A DNA stretch of 51,707 nt, filler included, from Jimgerdemannia flammicorona (taxonomy: Eukaryota), in assembly GCA_003990765.1 (NCBI GenBank). It is 2 parts of 2 records of this genome, joined end to end, with 100 filler letters (N's around TTAATTAATTAA, not from the genome) between each part and the next. Parts side by side here need not be neighbours in the genome. Positions count along the whole stretch, not along the records: positions 25,910 to 51,707 come from RBNJ01000791.1; 1 more part is not named here. One strand, 5' to 3'. Position numbers and translations under genes: made by a program. Shown here piece after piece: positions 37,763 through 51,052 of this stretch. The notes beneath the pieces were generated by a model that did not search any database, was not told the DNA's origin, and saw only the letters and a program-made list of their open reading frames with translations. Positions within the stretch are counted from its first letter, which is position 1; each line of letters opens with the position of its first letter.

Positions 37763-40737
37763 TATAATACTTTAGAGTATATGGCATAGCATCATATTGT
37801 TGGCAGTATCAAATATTAGAACTAATAGTAAATATTGCCCCTCACTCTCACATAGTAGAGATATACATATAGCTTCTGTAAGAGAGTACTTTATTAGAGT
37901 ACTATTACATAGTTCTGAAAGGGTTTTCAGGAAGTTCTGGATATTCTGGAAGACCATTTTCTTAAGGTCAAGATCAATTTCATACAGAGTATATCCTCTA
38001 TACTTATTGATTTCAAGATTAGGTTGAAGTCCTTTTCCAGACTTATTCTGAGTATTCAGAATTTTCCATATTTTAGAAAGTTCAGGGAACTAAGACTAGC
38101 TTAGTTGAATTGGCATATTGCTACAGATAATACCCAATCAGGAAATTTTGGAATCTGGTTAGAAGTGAAACCTAATATAGTACAGATTTACTTAGGAGTA
38201 ATTTGTAGATTATTAAATAGGTTTATTTGCTATTTATGATATTGCTATTGGCTAATATTAGGAGTAATATAGGAAGGGATATTTGTGTAGAGAAGTGTTC
38301 TTGTCTTATTTATCTGTGTTTTTATCTTAGTTTCTAAGATCTAAGTAAGTAGGTATTTATACTAATAGGAGGTTATCTGAACTATGCTAAATATGAGTAT
38401 AGTACTTAGTACTTTGATAAGTCAGAATACAGTCATATAGTACAAGTGTGAACTGATATATCAAGCAATTGACTGACTGTTGAGTTAGTATATATATAAT
38501 TATATAAGATAAGACTAATCTAACTATACTAATGACTGCTATACTATTTATAGATTTTAGATACTATCTGGATATTCTTTAATGAGGTCACCATTGATGA
38601 TATTATTCCTGATGAAATAGTTATCTAGGAAGAGTGGTTCTTGGAATATATCTCTCTGTTTATTTATATAGTAATATGTTGGAACTATATCAATATCCTA
38701 TAGAATAGTACCATCTGTATCATATGCTGAGTATGGTGTTAGTGGGTAGAGAAGGAGTATACTATCTTTGCTTTCATCAGATTTACTGTTAGTATACCTT
38801 TAGTAGGTAATGGTGCTATGTATTACAGAGTTATAGTATGCTAGTAGCTGTGGTTTATTTTACTTATACTTGAGAGATAGAGTTATTGTTCTATCTTAAG
38901 AATTGTCTGGAGGTATAGGTTGTATTCCCCAGTCTCTTCATTATAGTTAAAGTAATCAGATATGAATGTAGATTAGTATTCATATCAATGGTCATTATTA
39001 TAATAGATTTTATATATGTTTATGAATTGTTATAAGTTTATTAGCAAAGTTGACAGAATAATCAGAGTTGGTAGAGATCCTTAGCTGAAGATCATATTGA
39101 TATTTGAGAGATCATTATCTTCTACTTTGTTATTATCAAACTAGATTATATCATAGATATCATTCTTGGTATATTTAATTTAGAGCATTTATATGATATG
39201 GTCATCAGGATATAGAAAGGATCTGTCTGTAATTTGAGCATACTTAATATACTTATTATTGAGTTCTTATACCATGTTATCAATTTGGCCATAGATCAGA
39301 GTGGCAATCATTTCAGTAGTAGTAACTTAAAGATAGGGAATAAAGATACTATACTTATAAAAGAGTTCTTAGTATTTGTTAGTAATAAGTTTCTGATATT
39401 GAGACATTTTAGTAATATCTATATCTAGTGCTCCTAATGAGTCAATTTAATCTGGATTTGATTTGGATTGATTTGGATTGAATTCCATCTAGATCAACTC
39501 ATTCAGAGCACTATCTATATTATAGTGATGGTTAACTATATCTTCTAGAAGATAGCCAATCTAGTAGTAGCTTAAAATTTGTCTAATTCAGTAGACCTTA
39601 CTAAGTATGTTCAGGGCATTCTATTAGACTTCTATGAAATAAAGAGGTACTAAACTATAGATATTCATAAGGGGCAGAGGAGCTGTGACTTCATTGATAA
39701 TAGTATTTCAAATATCAGTACAGATATGGTTGTAGATTTCAGTAATATCTGAGTATAAGATTAAAAATTATAGTTCATGTTTAGTTTGTTATAGTTCTCT
39801 ATTTTGACATACTGTATATTTAGTATATATGTTTTTGGTCCTCATTGGTAAGATCTTGTCTTTATAAATCTTATATTTCATAACTTCAAGTTGACTCAGC
39901 TTTATGATCTGTAACTTTGGTTTAACTCAGCTATATGATCTGATAGATGATTTCTGAATTTATTCTGAGAGTGATATATAATTTTGTTGGCTTGGAGATT
40001 ATACACTTACAACTCTCTCCTTCTTAATTTTTGATCCTCATTAAGGTCTTCTAATTTGGTCTAGTGTTGTTATATCATTTTAAGAGTCAAAAGTCCAATA
40101 ATATCTATTTTTCTCAGAAAGTAACATGCTCATAGTACAGTTGTCTAATATATTGAATTTATACATTAAAGGGTCATATGTTCAATACTATATACCAGAA
40201 GTGATTTTGATATCATTCACCACTAGAGAATTTCCTCTAAGGAATCTTCTTAAATATCTATACCTCACTTTCCACTAGTAGTATGGGGAGAATAGGCTGG
40301 CTTTCAGTTTTGCTATTTTCCTAAAAATTTAGTATTTCTTTTATTCTTGATTTCTGAGTTCTTAATTTTGTTTGTGATAATTATAAGGGTACTTTTAATA
40401 CTATTCAGGAGGGATAATAGATAGTATAAGAATAATAAGTATTGAAATATTTAAACAAGTTGCTTGAAGAATCATATTTTTGAACTAAGTTGGTAGTATT
40501 CTAGAGGTTTTATTTGAGTTCCCATATAGGATTATGGATAGGGTAACCTTTCCACTTGATAAGGTATTCCAGATGGCTCTTGTGACTATATTTGTTGAGT
40601 ATTTGTTAACTTTGTATTCTTCTTGATCATTAATCATAACAGATGCTGGTGGTTTTGTAGTTTGATTTAGAAATAGCTTATTATTATTTTTATTATATTA
40701 CTTGAGATATTAAATATTAAAAATAGAATAAATCTTG
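37763..40737 (-). mobile_element. Family D chromovirus 3' end: integrase tail, chromodomain (~40630-40470), PPT and a long LTR starting at 40011 (distal end approximate)
   Basis: EEYKV..LEYLIKWKGYPIHNPIWE; aagaaggagagagt then TGTAAG at 40011; heavily AT-shifted. Confidence 0.7.
39030..39760 (-). pseudogene. Degenerate ORF downstream of the family D PPT, probable homologue of A ORF3 and the C LTR ORF
   Basis: ICTDI*NTI..QILSYY*IGYLL..QKLITNKY*ELFYKYSIFIPYL*V in a single frame. Confidence 0.5.
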
Positions 40738-43700
40738 ACTAAGCTTCACTTAGTTCTGAACTGTTTCAGAGTTGGTTTATACTATTCTAAAAGTATTAGT
40801 GTGTTTTATTTTGTCTTAAATATATTGGTTTTACATACAATTGCAAATTCATCTGTCTAAGACTTATGTGTGAGATATTGTATAAAACTAGAAGTAAAAC
40901 ATAGTAATAAACGAGTGTCCTGACTCCCACAGAGTTCCCTTAGCTGTTTTGGAAGCTTGGCAGTTTGCCTTCTTCCTTTAGACCCCTAAAACGTTTTTTT
41001 TCTAACTATGAACCATGAAAAACTTCAACAGCAACAGCAATAGGCCACCTTGGCTGAACAGGCCAAGTTTATTTGACAGGTTACAGAAGTTGTCACAGTC
41101 CATCTCTGCCCTACTTTACTGAATCCAGCTATCATGATTAATTGTGAACAATAGTGTGTTATTAATTCTCTCTTCCTCTGATAGACTGAATGTATTAGAG
41201 GCCCAGCTCCTGGACCTGATGAACAACCCAATGGTATGGATGATGATGCCCTCATCAACAATAATGGTAGCAATAAGGAATTTCTTACTACTACAAGAAT
41301 AAGAGCCATTGACTGTTTTACTATCTTGCCCACCTTTACTAATATCATTTCTACCAAATACATCCATGTATATATACCTCACTCCTCCCAGTCTCAGGAA
41401 GCTCATCTACTGTACCCCAGAGCCCAAGGGTGGTGTCTTTCAAACTCTCTCCATTGATAAGGCATTCCTCAACAATTTCTCCAAAACTACTCAGGATGTC
41501 AACTATATCCTTGCTAACCCACAATGTATAATCTACAATATGCTCCACTCTGTCACCGTCCTCCTCTATGCCCTTGAGCTACAGAGTAATGGGGCTGATA
41601 TTCATCAAGGCTTGATCTATGAAGCTATCATTGCCTCCATGGTAGAAAAACTCCAAGATTCCCTCTGGATCAGATTCCACAAAGCTGAAAGCATCCACAT
41701 CTGCTGACATATCAATCTCACCAAGGCTGCTGGATGGTCTCCTGCCCTCATCTCTGTATATCACATGGTTATCTCTAATTCTTGACCTCTTCAGCACCAA
41801 TTTCATCCACTATTTTCATGATGATACCAAATATCAGAAGTACTGACTTACAGTCCAAGTGGTCTCCAGCAAGTCCTCTATCTCTTGGAGTAACTCCTTC
41901 TTTGCCTATGGCAAATTCACCTCTTGGAGCTAGGGCCAGAAAAACAGATCTTGGGATGATCAATGCTCTGACTTCTGCCACTCTCAACAATCCTCTCAGA
42001 ACTGTACTCCAAGTCAACAGGACAGCTTCCAGAGCTGGACTCCAGGGCCAGATATATCAACAACTACTACCAATATCTGAAGGATCCTCCTCTATATCAA
42101 TCACTAGTCTTGAAGGTACCCAATATCTCTAAAATAGACACCTAACTGGCTCAAGTCTCCAAATTGGTTTGGCAGGTACTGGGTGTCAACCACTGAGTGA
42201 ATTATATGGCCTACAGTAAGATATATATTGACTAGACATACCTCCTGACCCTGCTATGCTTCCAGCCCTACTTCTCATACAAATAAGGCATGACTGCTAT
42301 GGAGAAGGCTCTGGTAGACACTGCTATCCAGAACTTCTTCAACAAAGAGGCCATCTATGAGGCTCATTCTGGAGAAGAGCTCTTCTTTTCCAGTATCTTC
42401 ACTATCTCCCAGATTGACAAGAATTGGGCCTCACTCAATACATATTTACTGAATGAGTTCATACAATGATTATACTTCAAGATAGAAGGTATTCAAATGC
42501 TCCACCATATGGTATATCTGGGGAACTTCCTCATCAAGATAGATATCAAGGACACCTACCTCTATGTCTCTCTTTATCCTACTGACCAATAATTTCTAAC
42601 CTTCTAATAGTGACAAATCAACTGGAAATTCCAGACCATACTATTCAGCCTATCCTTGGTCCCTCAGATTTGGACAAAGATGATGGCTGCCATTCTGAAA
42701 CCACTACAGTAATATAGCATTCACCTTACTTACTATATTGACAACATTTACCTCCTAGCCTCTAGCCACAATAAAGCTGTTTACTATAGCCAGTTGGTTC
42801 ATAACTATATGGAAACCCTGGGGTTTCTCCTTTATCTGACAAAATATATATAAGACTCTAAGCAAGTTCAGACATTTCTCAGATTTCTGATAGATACTAA
42901 TGCTATAGAGCTATGCTTACCTATAAACAAGATATGTAAGATCTACAAGAAGATGGCTTCCCTCCTTTGTCTGGTCTCTGAATCCAGCATCCTGATTCAC
43001 AAAGTGGCCTCTCTAGTTGGTCTATACAACTCTATAACCCAGGTGAATTTTTCTGCTTACTTCTGTATCTAAGCACTCATCTATGATATACAGGCCACTC
43101 TCTGTCATTCTGATTAGAATGGATAAATGACACTCTCTCCAGCATCATTGACTGACCTCTGCTGGTGGTCCTATGAACTGCTGGAATGGAATGGCTATTC
43201 TCTCCTCACTGAGGTTCCTGAGATCATAGTGAATACAGATACCAGCAATATGGGATGGGGTTTCAAGATATCCTCCTCCATCACCAACATCATTCATATA
43301 GTATAGCAAGTGGCTGACATCTGGACATCCTCAGAATACTGCCTGTCCATCAACTATTATAAGCTGAAAACAGTTTTCTTTATCCTATAGATCAACTCAC
43401 ACTACTGGCAGAACCATACAGTCCTGATCCAAATAGACAATATGACTATACAGGTGTTTATCAACAAACAAGAGAGCTCTCTCCACTACCTCTATGCTAT
43501 TATAGCATACATTTATCTGATCTGCATAAAGCACTATATTTGCCTCTGGGCAGAATATCTCCTAGATTTAGAGAATGTCCAAGCAGACTTTCTGAGCTAT
43601 TTGCATTCTGACTCTGATGACTGGAAGCTACACCCAGTGGTCTTCTGGCATCTATATCACCTGTGGGGCCTGATTCAGCTTGATCTGTTTACCTCCTGAA

Positions 43701-45557
43701 TGATCATACAGATCCTCCTCTTTTACAGCTAGTGGGCTGACTCTGAGGCTTTGGAGATAGATGCTTTTCAACACCATTGGCCTTCAATAAAGATGTATAT
43801 AAACCCTCCTTAGATCCTGATCAATTGTACCCTATATAAGATAAAGGAGGAATAAAGCTCTCACCTCATTCTCATCACCCCCTTTTGGTCATGACAGAGC
43901 TGGTGGTCTGAACTCCTGGGGATAGCAATAGTCCCTCTAATTCTTCTTCTATATTGGGCTCTAATAGTAGTAACATAGATGCACTATTGAGACACTCTCA
44001 CTTGGTTGATCAGTGGAACTCTCCAGATACTACAATGCTAGTAGAACCAACTTGTAATTTTATCTAAGCCAGTATCCAGACCTCTTCTTGTAAGAATTAT
44101 AAGTCTGTCTACTAACACTATATCCATTAATGTTATCAATGATATATTGATCCCCTTCATAATTTTACTAAGCAGCAGACAAATTATCTTGCTCATCTCT
44201 TTCATAAGGCATGAGATCTGATAACTCTAAGGTATCTGCACCACTATCAGCTAATGGACCCCTACATCAATGGCATCTAATTCTCCAAACTCTCTATGGT
44301 CTCTCACCTCATCTAGGGGGCAGGCAACTTATACCCGCCTCCACCTAAAGATAAAGCCCAATAGTGGGATATTTCTATTCTCATCCACTGGCTGGCCTCT
44401 TTAGGCCTCTTTGACTCTATTAAGCAGTGGATCCTGTGTAGCAAGAAAACTCATACCCTTCTGGTACTTTGCACATCATGATATATCATAAGTGATTTTG
44501 TCCAATATTGGGTAACAGTAGATTTCTAGGGCAGCCAAGTGGACTGGCCTGCTGAAATAGTTCTCACAGTAGACATGACTAAGGAATGCATACCTGATTC
44601 TCCCTACAAGACCTCCTGCCCCATCTCTGTACTTCTGGAGAATAAGGACATATGTCTGATATACTGGGTCTACTTCCGGATACATAGAATGGAACCCCTA
44701 TGACCACTATATGGTGGTGACTACCTCTTTATCAATATATGCTCTCCTCATTACAATCTAACCACAGACTGCCTCGCAACTGATTCTCAGAATACATAGT
44801 GGCTACTGACATCAACTCCATCTACTATCCCTATTCTGTTTGGGTGGAATCCTCTACTGAGGCATTGGAAGGGGAAACTCTCATTAATGAAGTCCTGGAG
44901 AGTGGAAATTGAAGCTCCAAGACCACTTTTGAACATCACTACTATCTATTCCATAGGTCACTGATTCTTTCCAAGATCTCTTGGATGAAGTCTTTGGTGT
45001 ATAGAGTCCTCCAGCACAATGCCACTATACTGGCCTAGTGCTCTGCTCATCTCCAATCTATAAATAACCAACTCTTTATAGTCTAGAACCAAGTGAAGCT
45101 TAGTCCTGGATGAATAAGGTACTATAGGCACCAAAGTCTGTCCCAGACTTTGTAAGCTTGAGGAGGACCATGAAGAGTTGGTTTTTCACTCATCTCTACT
45201 CTTTTCATTTCCTTTCTTGTAGGTTCTTCTTCCTTCCTTCTCCAGTGACCTTGGCCACTGGACTATTTTTCCTTACTTCTAATTCAGGCTCACTATCAAT
45301 CTTTCTTGGCTAAGAGAACTTTATTAGAGCTAAGATACTCTTTTATTACTATGTTTTACTTCTAGTTTTACACCATATCTCACATATAAGTCTTAGATAG
45401 ATGAATTCACAGTTATATATAAAACCAATATATCTAAAACAAAATAAAGCACACCAATACTTTCAGAATAGTACAAACTAACTCTTCATAGTTCTTCCCA
45501 AGCTTGCAAAGTCTGGGACAGACTTTGGCACCTATAGTACCTCATTTATCCAGGATA
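40738..45557 (+). mobile_element. Complete DIRS1-type tyrosine-recombinase retrotransposon, degenerate
   Basis: ITRs at 40768-40920 and 45334-45485, ICR at 45068-45184. RT KIDIKDTY..YIDN (42536-42745); RNase H TDTSNMGWG..DNMT..NVQADFLS; MTase-like LDLF..DAF..W..YINPP (43617-43813); YR YSVWVESST..GN*SSKTTFEHHY (44830-44945). Confidence 0.93.
45068..45184 (+). promoter_or_regulatory. Internal complementary region (ICR) of the DIRS element
   Basis: The left half is the reverse complement of the element's left end (40741-40775). The right half is the reverse complement of the right extension (45480-45554). The halves are joined by AGT. Confidence 0.9.
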
Positions 45558-45853
45558 GTATCTGGTAGTGCTAATTTGTAAGATGTTGAAGAGACTTGTA
45601 TAATGACTTTAAATAGTTTAATAAACTTGCTGTTCAGCTTTACAGAGAGTCTATACTTGAGGTTAACAACTTGGTATCCTTGGATATCTAGTAGAACTTT
45701 TTCTCTAATATCAAAAGTTTCTTCTTAGTAGTACTAGTTAATATATTGCAATTGTTGCTCTTAAGCTCAAGATAAATTCTCAATTACAATCTGACTTAAG
45801 TTGTATATTTAGAGTAGGAATTCTTCAATGGCTTCAATAGTAGAGAGTTTATC
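45558..45853 (-). pseudogene. Family D integrase C-terminal part, continuous with 40737 once the DIRS element is removed
   Basis: FDIREKVLL..KLNSKFIKLFKVI..SYKLALPDT joins VKIYSIFNI across the DIRS insertion. Confidence 0.85.
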
Positions 45854-47039
45854 CTATTGCTCCATAGCTCTTAGTTGAGATGTGTTTTGATTGATCACTA
45901 TGGTAGAGATTATACTAGTTGTCTTGGATACTTTAATTCTGATTCCAGTGACTCTCTCTATTGTATGATCTTGTGGATGTCTGGCTATCCAGTATCACTG
46001 AGCATAGGTGACCTTCTGTGTCAGATCCAGGACTATTAGTAATGAGCAGATGGCCAGGGCTATCTTTGGATAGATTCCTTTTATAAAGGTTACTTCAACT
46101 ACTTGATCCCTGATAGTGGCAGCAGTCTGTAAGAATTATCTGATATTGGATTCTGGTGTAGAATATATTTAGATCCTCACTCATTCCTTGGTATGTTATG
46201 TTGAGCTGGTCCTTCAGTATCTGCTTGATCTTGTCTATGTAGTATGTGACTTAGAGCCAGGTCTTCTGTACTGCTAGCATAGCATTATCATCATTTCCTA
46301 TATGAGTTGCAGCTATAAATACTGCTCTTGCTGGTCTTCAGAGACTGAAGAGTATGAGGTTTACTTGCTGTCTTGCTATCAAGCCCCTTACAGCAACATA
46401 TTGTTCAAAATCATCAATGAAGGTGATGATTGACTCACCTGAAGTATAACCATAAAAAACTGGTAGTCTTATATCTATCTTGTCTGGATATCTCAGTTGT
46501 ATAGTTGTTTAGGTAGTAGTGGTTATTTATTGTTCAGCTTGAAAGTGAGAAATTTATCTTGAATCATCAGCCAATAGGCACCAAGTTATAATATAGCAGA
46601 TGCTTAACCTCAGAAGTATGTCAGATTTCTATATTTTAAAAACTTAATCTTCTTTAACTCTGCAGAGTCCTCAGAATACAGAGATGGGTGAGTTTGAAGT
46701 ATATCTGCTCACAGACTTACTAGTTCCTTTGCTTTCTCTTTGCTCCAAACTATTTTGATCTGAGGTTTATTCACTCTAAGATATTGGATTATTTATATAA
46801 GTTTGCTAGTTATAAGGTAGCTAAGTTATGACTAAGTTATGAGTCACTTTTCACAAGTGTTAATCCTTGACATCTGTTAAATATTTAACATCTGTGAATT
46901 CTTGACATTTGTAAAAACTTAATGTTTATGAAATGACTGCTATTCATAAGGCTACACTATATTAGGAATTAGGTTCAGGTCCTATAATCAAATGTCTAAT
47001 TCCCCTGATTCTTGTTCCTAATTCAGATCAGTTGTTATA
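45853..47039 (-). mobile_element. Family A copy A2: 5' LTR (47039-46587), PBS and partial gag
   Basis: Reverse-complement match to 7380-8385 and to 47183-48390. Confidence 0.92.
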
Positions 47040-47182
47040 TTAAATATATTATAGATATATTTATATCTATTTTCTGATCATATAGCATATACTCTATATT
47101 CTGTCTCATTCTTAATAATTGCTTTAAATTCTTTAAATTTGTCTAAGACTTCACTTTTTACTGATAGAAAATAAATATATAT
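47040..47182 (-). pseudogene. Ty1/copia integrase core relic
   Basis: IYFLSVKSEVLDKFKEFKAIIKNETEYRVYAI*SENRYKY resembles the copia pattern VYFLKxKSEVxxxFKxFKAxVENETGxxIxxLRSDNGGEY. Confidence 0.8.
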
Positions 47183-50100
47183 TGTGATAGTTGATCTGAA
47201 TTAGGAATATGAATCAGGGAAATAGACATTTGATCATGGTATCTAAATCTGATTCTCAAATATAGTATAGTTTTACAAATAACAGTTATAGTATTTTGCA
47301 AATATTAAAGTTTTTACAAATGTTAAAGATCTCACAGATGTTAAAGTTTTGGTAATCATTGAAGATTTAGCAGATATTAAGGATTTAATATTTACAAAAG
47401 TGACTCATAACTTAGTTACTCTATAGCTAGCAAACTTGTATAAATATCCTAATATCTAGAGTAAATAAATCTCAAATCAAAATAGTTTAAAGTAAAGAGA
47501 AAGCAAGAGAACTAGTAAGCCTATAGACAGATATACTTCAAACTCACCCACCTCTATATCCCAAGGACTCTATAGAGTCAAAGAAGATCAAGTTTTCAAA
47601 ATACAGAAATCTGACATACTTATACAGTTATGCATCTACTATATTATAACTTGGTGTCTATTGGTTGGTAGTTTAAGACAAATTCTTCACTTTTAAGCTA
47701 AACAATGAACAACTATTATCACCCAAACAACTATACAGATCAAATCAAGATATCTAGATAAGATAGATATAAGATTATCAGTATTTTACAGATATACTTC
47801 AGATAAATTGATCATCATCTTTATTGATTATTTTGAATAGTATGCTACTGTAAAAACTCTGACAGTAAGACAGTAGGTAGCTTTCATATCCTTCAGTCTC
47901 TAAGGACCAGCAAGAGTAGTATTCACAGTCACAATCTATATAGAAAATGATAACAATACTGTATTAGCAGTACAGAAGGCCTGGCTCCAAACCACCTACT
48001 ATACAGATAAGATTAAGCAAGTCTTTAAGGATCAGCTCAATACAATATACCAAGAAATAAGTGAGGATATAAACACATTTTACACTAGAATCCAATATCA
48101 GATAATTCTTATAGACTATACTAATACTATCTGAGATCAAGTAGCTAAAGTAACCTTTATGAAAGGAGTTCACCCAGAGATAGCTATAGCTATCTGCTCA
48201 TTACTGGTAGTTCTGGATCTAGTACAAAAGGTCATTTATACTCAGTGATACTGGATAGCCAGATATCTACAAGACTACATAATGGAAAGAGTTGCTGGAA
48301 TCAGAATTGAAGCACCCAAGGTAACTAGTATGATTTCCACCATAGTGATCAATCTAAACACACCTCAGCAAAGAACTACTGAGCAGTAGAGAAACAGTGA
48401 CCCTATGGAGGGACTTGTCAAAAAGGTTTGCCAAAATAACTACCTATCTAGAAGATATAATAAAGAAAATTAGAGGAAGAGACTGCTGCCTAGTTTAGAA
48501 GTTTGCCACCACCTTAGACAAAAAGGCCACTACTTATATGAATATATAAGTGAAACCATGCATAAGGCCCAGCTATGTAAGTAATACTACTCAAAATAAG
48601 AAATACATCAATACCATCACCTTTGAAGAGATTGGAGAATCAGATAAAAAAGAATAGAAAGCCTACTCTATTGAGACTATTAAGAAGAATGTCTGCAAGC
48701 AACTCTACAAGAGACCACTAGAGAGACCCAAGATTAATCCTATAGAAAAACAGATAAAAAGTACTACAGAAAGTCAAGATGAAGAAATGGATCAAGATAT
48801 GGAACTAGAACAGGCTGTTCAAGATATCATTCAAGAAACTACCCCAGTCAGTAAAGGAGAAAAGGAGAAGAAGCTTTGCAAAACCAAAACCTTCAAGTAT
48901 GATATCTTCAAGAATCTTAGCCAACAGAAGGTCAATGTAACCTTTGGCCAATTGGTAGAAATATCCATATTTAGACAGTAAATGAGATATAGACTTGCTA
49001 AGACAATCAAGAAATAAGAATGGAAGATAATGAGACCAATAAAGTCCAAAAAGACTCTAGAGAAGAAAGTAAAGATAATTGCAAGACCTCTGCCTATACA
49101 ATCTGTCAAATCAAAGATAGAATCTTTGAGGCCATCATTGACACTAGAGTAAAAGAATGTCTTCTCAGTAAGAAAGCAACAGACTACCTAGGCTGAGAGA
49201 TTGAAGAAGTAATCAAATTGATATTCATACTGCAGATAACACAAGAGTTACATCTCTAGAAATGTTTAGAGATGTTTCCATCAAGTTTGGAGGAGCAACC
49301 ATTTCAGTAGATATCATTGTAATCAATACTATCAACTATAACATTCTTATTAGCAACCAGTGGCTTTGTAAAAAGACCTCAATGCTCAAAAGATATAGAT
49401 TATCTATCTAGGTCAGAAGTTGTGAATTCCCATCAATGTCAACAAAGAAGTACTATCTGAGATAGAGGAAGAAAAAAGCAAGCAAAAAGAAGCCTATATA
49501 GTAACCACTTACAAAAAGAAGAAGAATGTTGAATAGATCAGTGAAAAAGAATAGTGCAAAAGAATTATTGAAGGATATATACCACAAGAAGTCTGCCCTC
49601 ATATAATCAAGATATACTATATAAAACATATTGATGATTGCTACCAGTGTATCAGCAGAATCAAGAAAATCTACCATAAAAGAAAACAGAAGACTCTTGA
49701 GAAACAGGCAAGATAAGAAAAGAGGGAGAAAGAGAATAATAAACCACCAGCCCTTTTAGAGAATAGTGATGATGAAGAAGAAATCAAGGTCAAGATTCAA
49801 AGGATCTATTCTGATACAGTTCTATCAGAATACAAGTCAGAGAATATAGCTAGAATGGATATCACCATATTAGAAGAAACTGTACTCAAGCCCCAGACAA
49901 CTACCCTATATACAACTGGTCTGGAAATAACTATTCCAAAAGGCTATATTGGAATCCTCAAGATAAGAAGCAGTCTGGTCAGGAGTGAGATTATAATAGA
50001 AGAAGGAGTCATCAATTCAGATTATATTGGAGAAATACTACTAATTGCTAGAAACTATAACTTCATAATTCTATTTCTAATCAAAAAGGAGTAATTGATA

Positions 50101-51052
50101 CAGATATTGATCTTTCCAGTTCTTCAGCCAAAAGATCATGGAAGTCAAGAAGTTGGTGAAAACAGAAAGAGGAAAGAAAGAATTTGGATTTACAGAAAGA
50201 AGAGTATTTGCTAGAACTGAGATTACTAAACTAAATCACAAGAAGGAGAAAACTACAAACAAGCCTAGCTATACTATTAAAGATGAATTTCTACTCAAAA
50301 AGGAACTCAAGAAGCTACTCTATAAATTTGAGAATATTCTGGCCACAGACTTTAAGAATATCAAGAGAAAGACTCTATACTACTATTATGATATAGATAT
50401 AGGAGATACTGAACCAATTTACCAAAAAGTAAGTCCAATTCCACCTGCTTATAATGAATAGCTCAGAGAAGAAATCAAGCAGATGGAAGAAGCCAGTATC
50501 ATCAAAGAAGCCAGTAGTCCTTGGGCTTCACCAGTTGTACTAGCTCTAAAAAAAGAAAGCAAACTAGGAGAATTTACTCCAAGACTCTGCACAGATTACA
50601 GGAAGCTCAACCTGGCTACAAAGAAGGATCATTAATCACTGCCCCTTATCAGTGACATTCTTATAACTCTGGAAGATAAAGCACAATATTACAGTATTTT
50701 GGATTTATACTCAGGATTCTACCTGATTGGTCTCACTGAAGCAGCAAGTTAAAAATCAGCCTTCATCACAACAGATGAAACCTATGTCTATCTGCAAATG
50801 CTATTTAGAATATATAATACACTACTATGCTTTCAGTGAATAATGAATAAAATCTTCCACTATAACATAGGAAGATAGATGATGGTTTATATGAATAATG
50901 TTATTATCTATAGTAAGACAGCTGAAGAACATCTGCAGTACATCCAGCAGATAAAGGAATTATAGTCTTTATATCAAATCCAAGAAGTGTAAGTTTGTAG
51001 AAATTGAGATCTCCTACCTTGGCTATATAATTAACTGAGATGAAATATATAT
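47183..51052 (+). mobile_element. Family A copy A3: 5' LTR (47183-47648), gag, PR, dUTPase (~49783-50200) and RT, cut by a family C LTR
   Basis: Colinear with A1 7380-11090; more degraded than A1. Confidence 0.94.
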
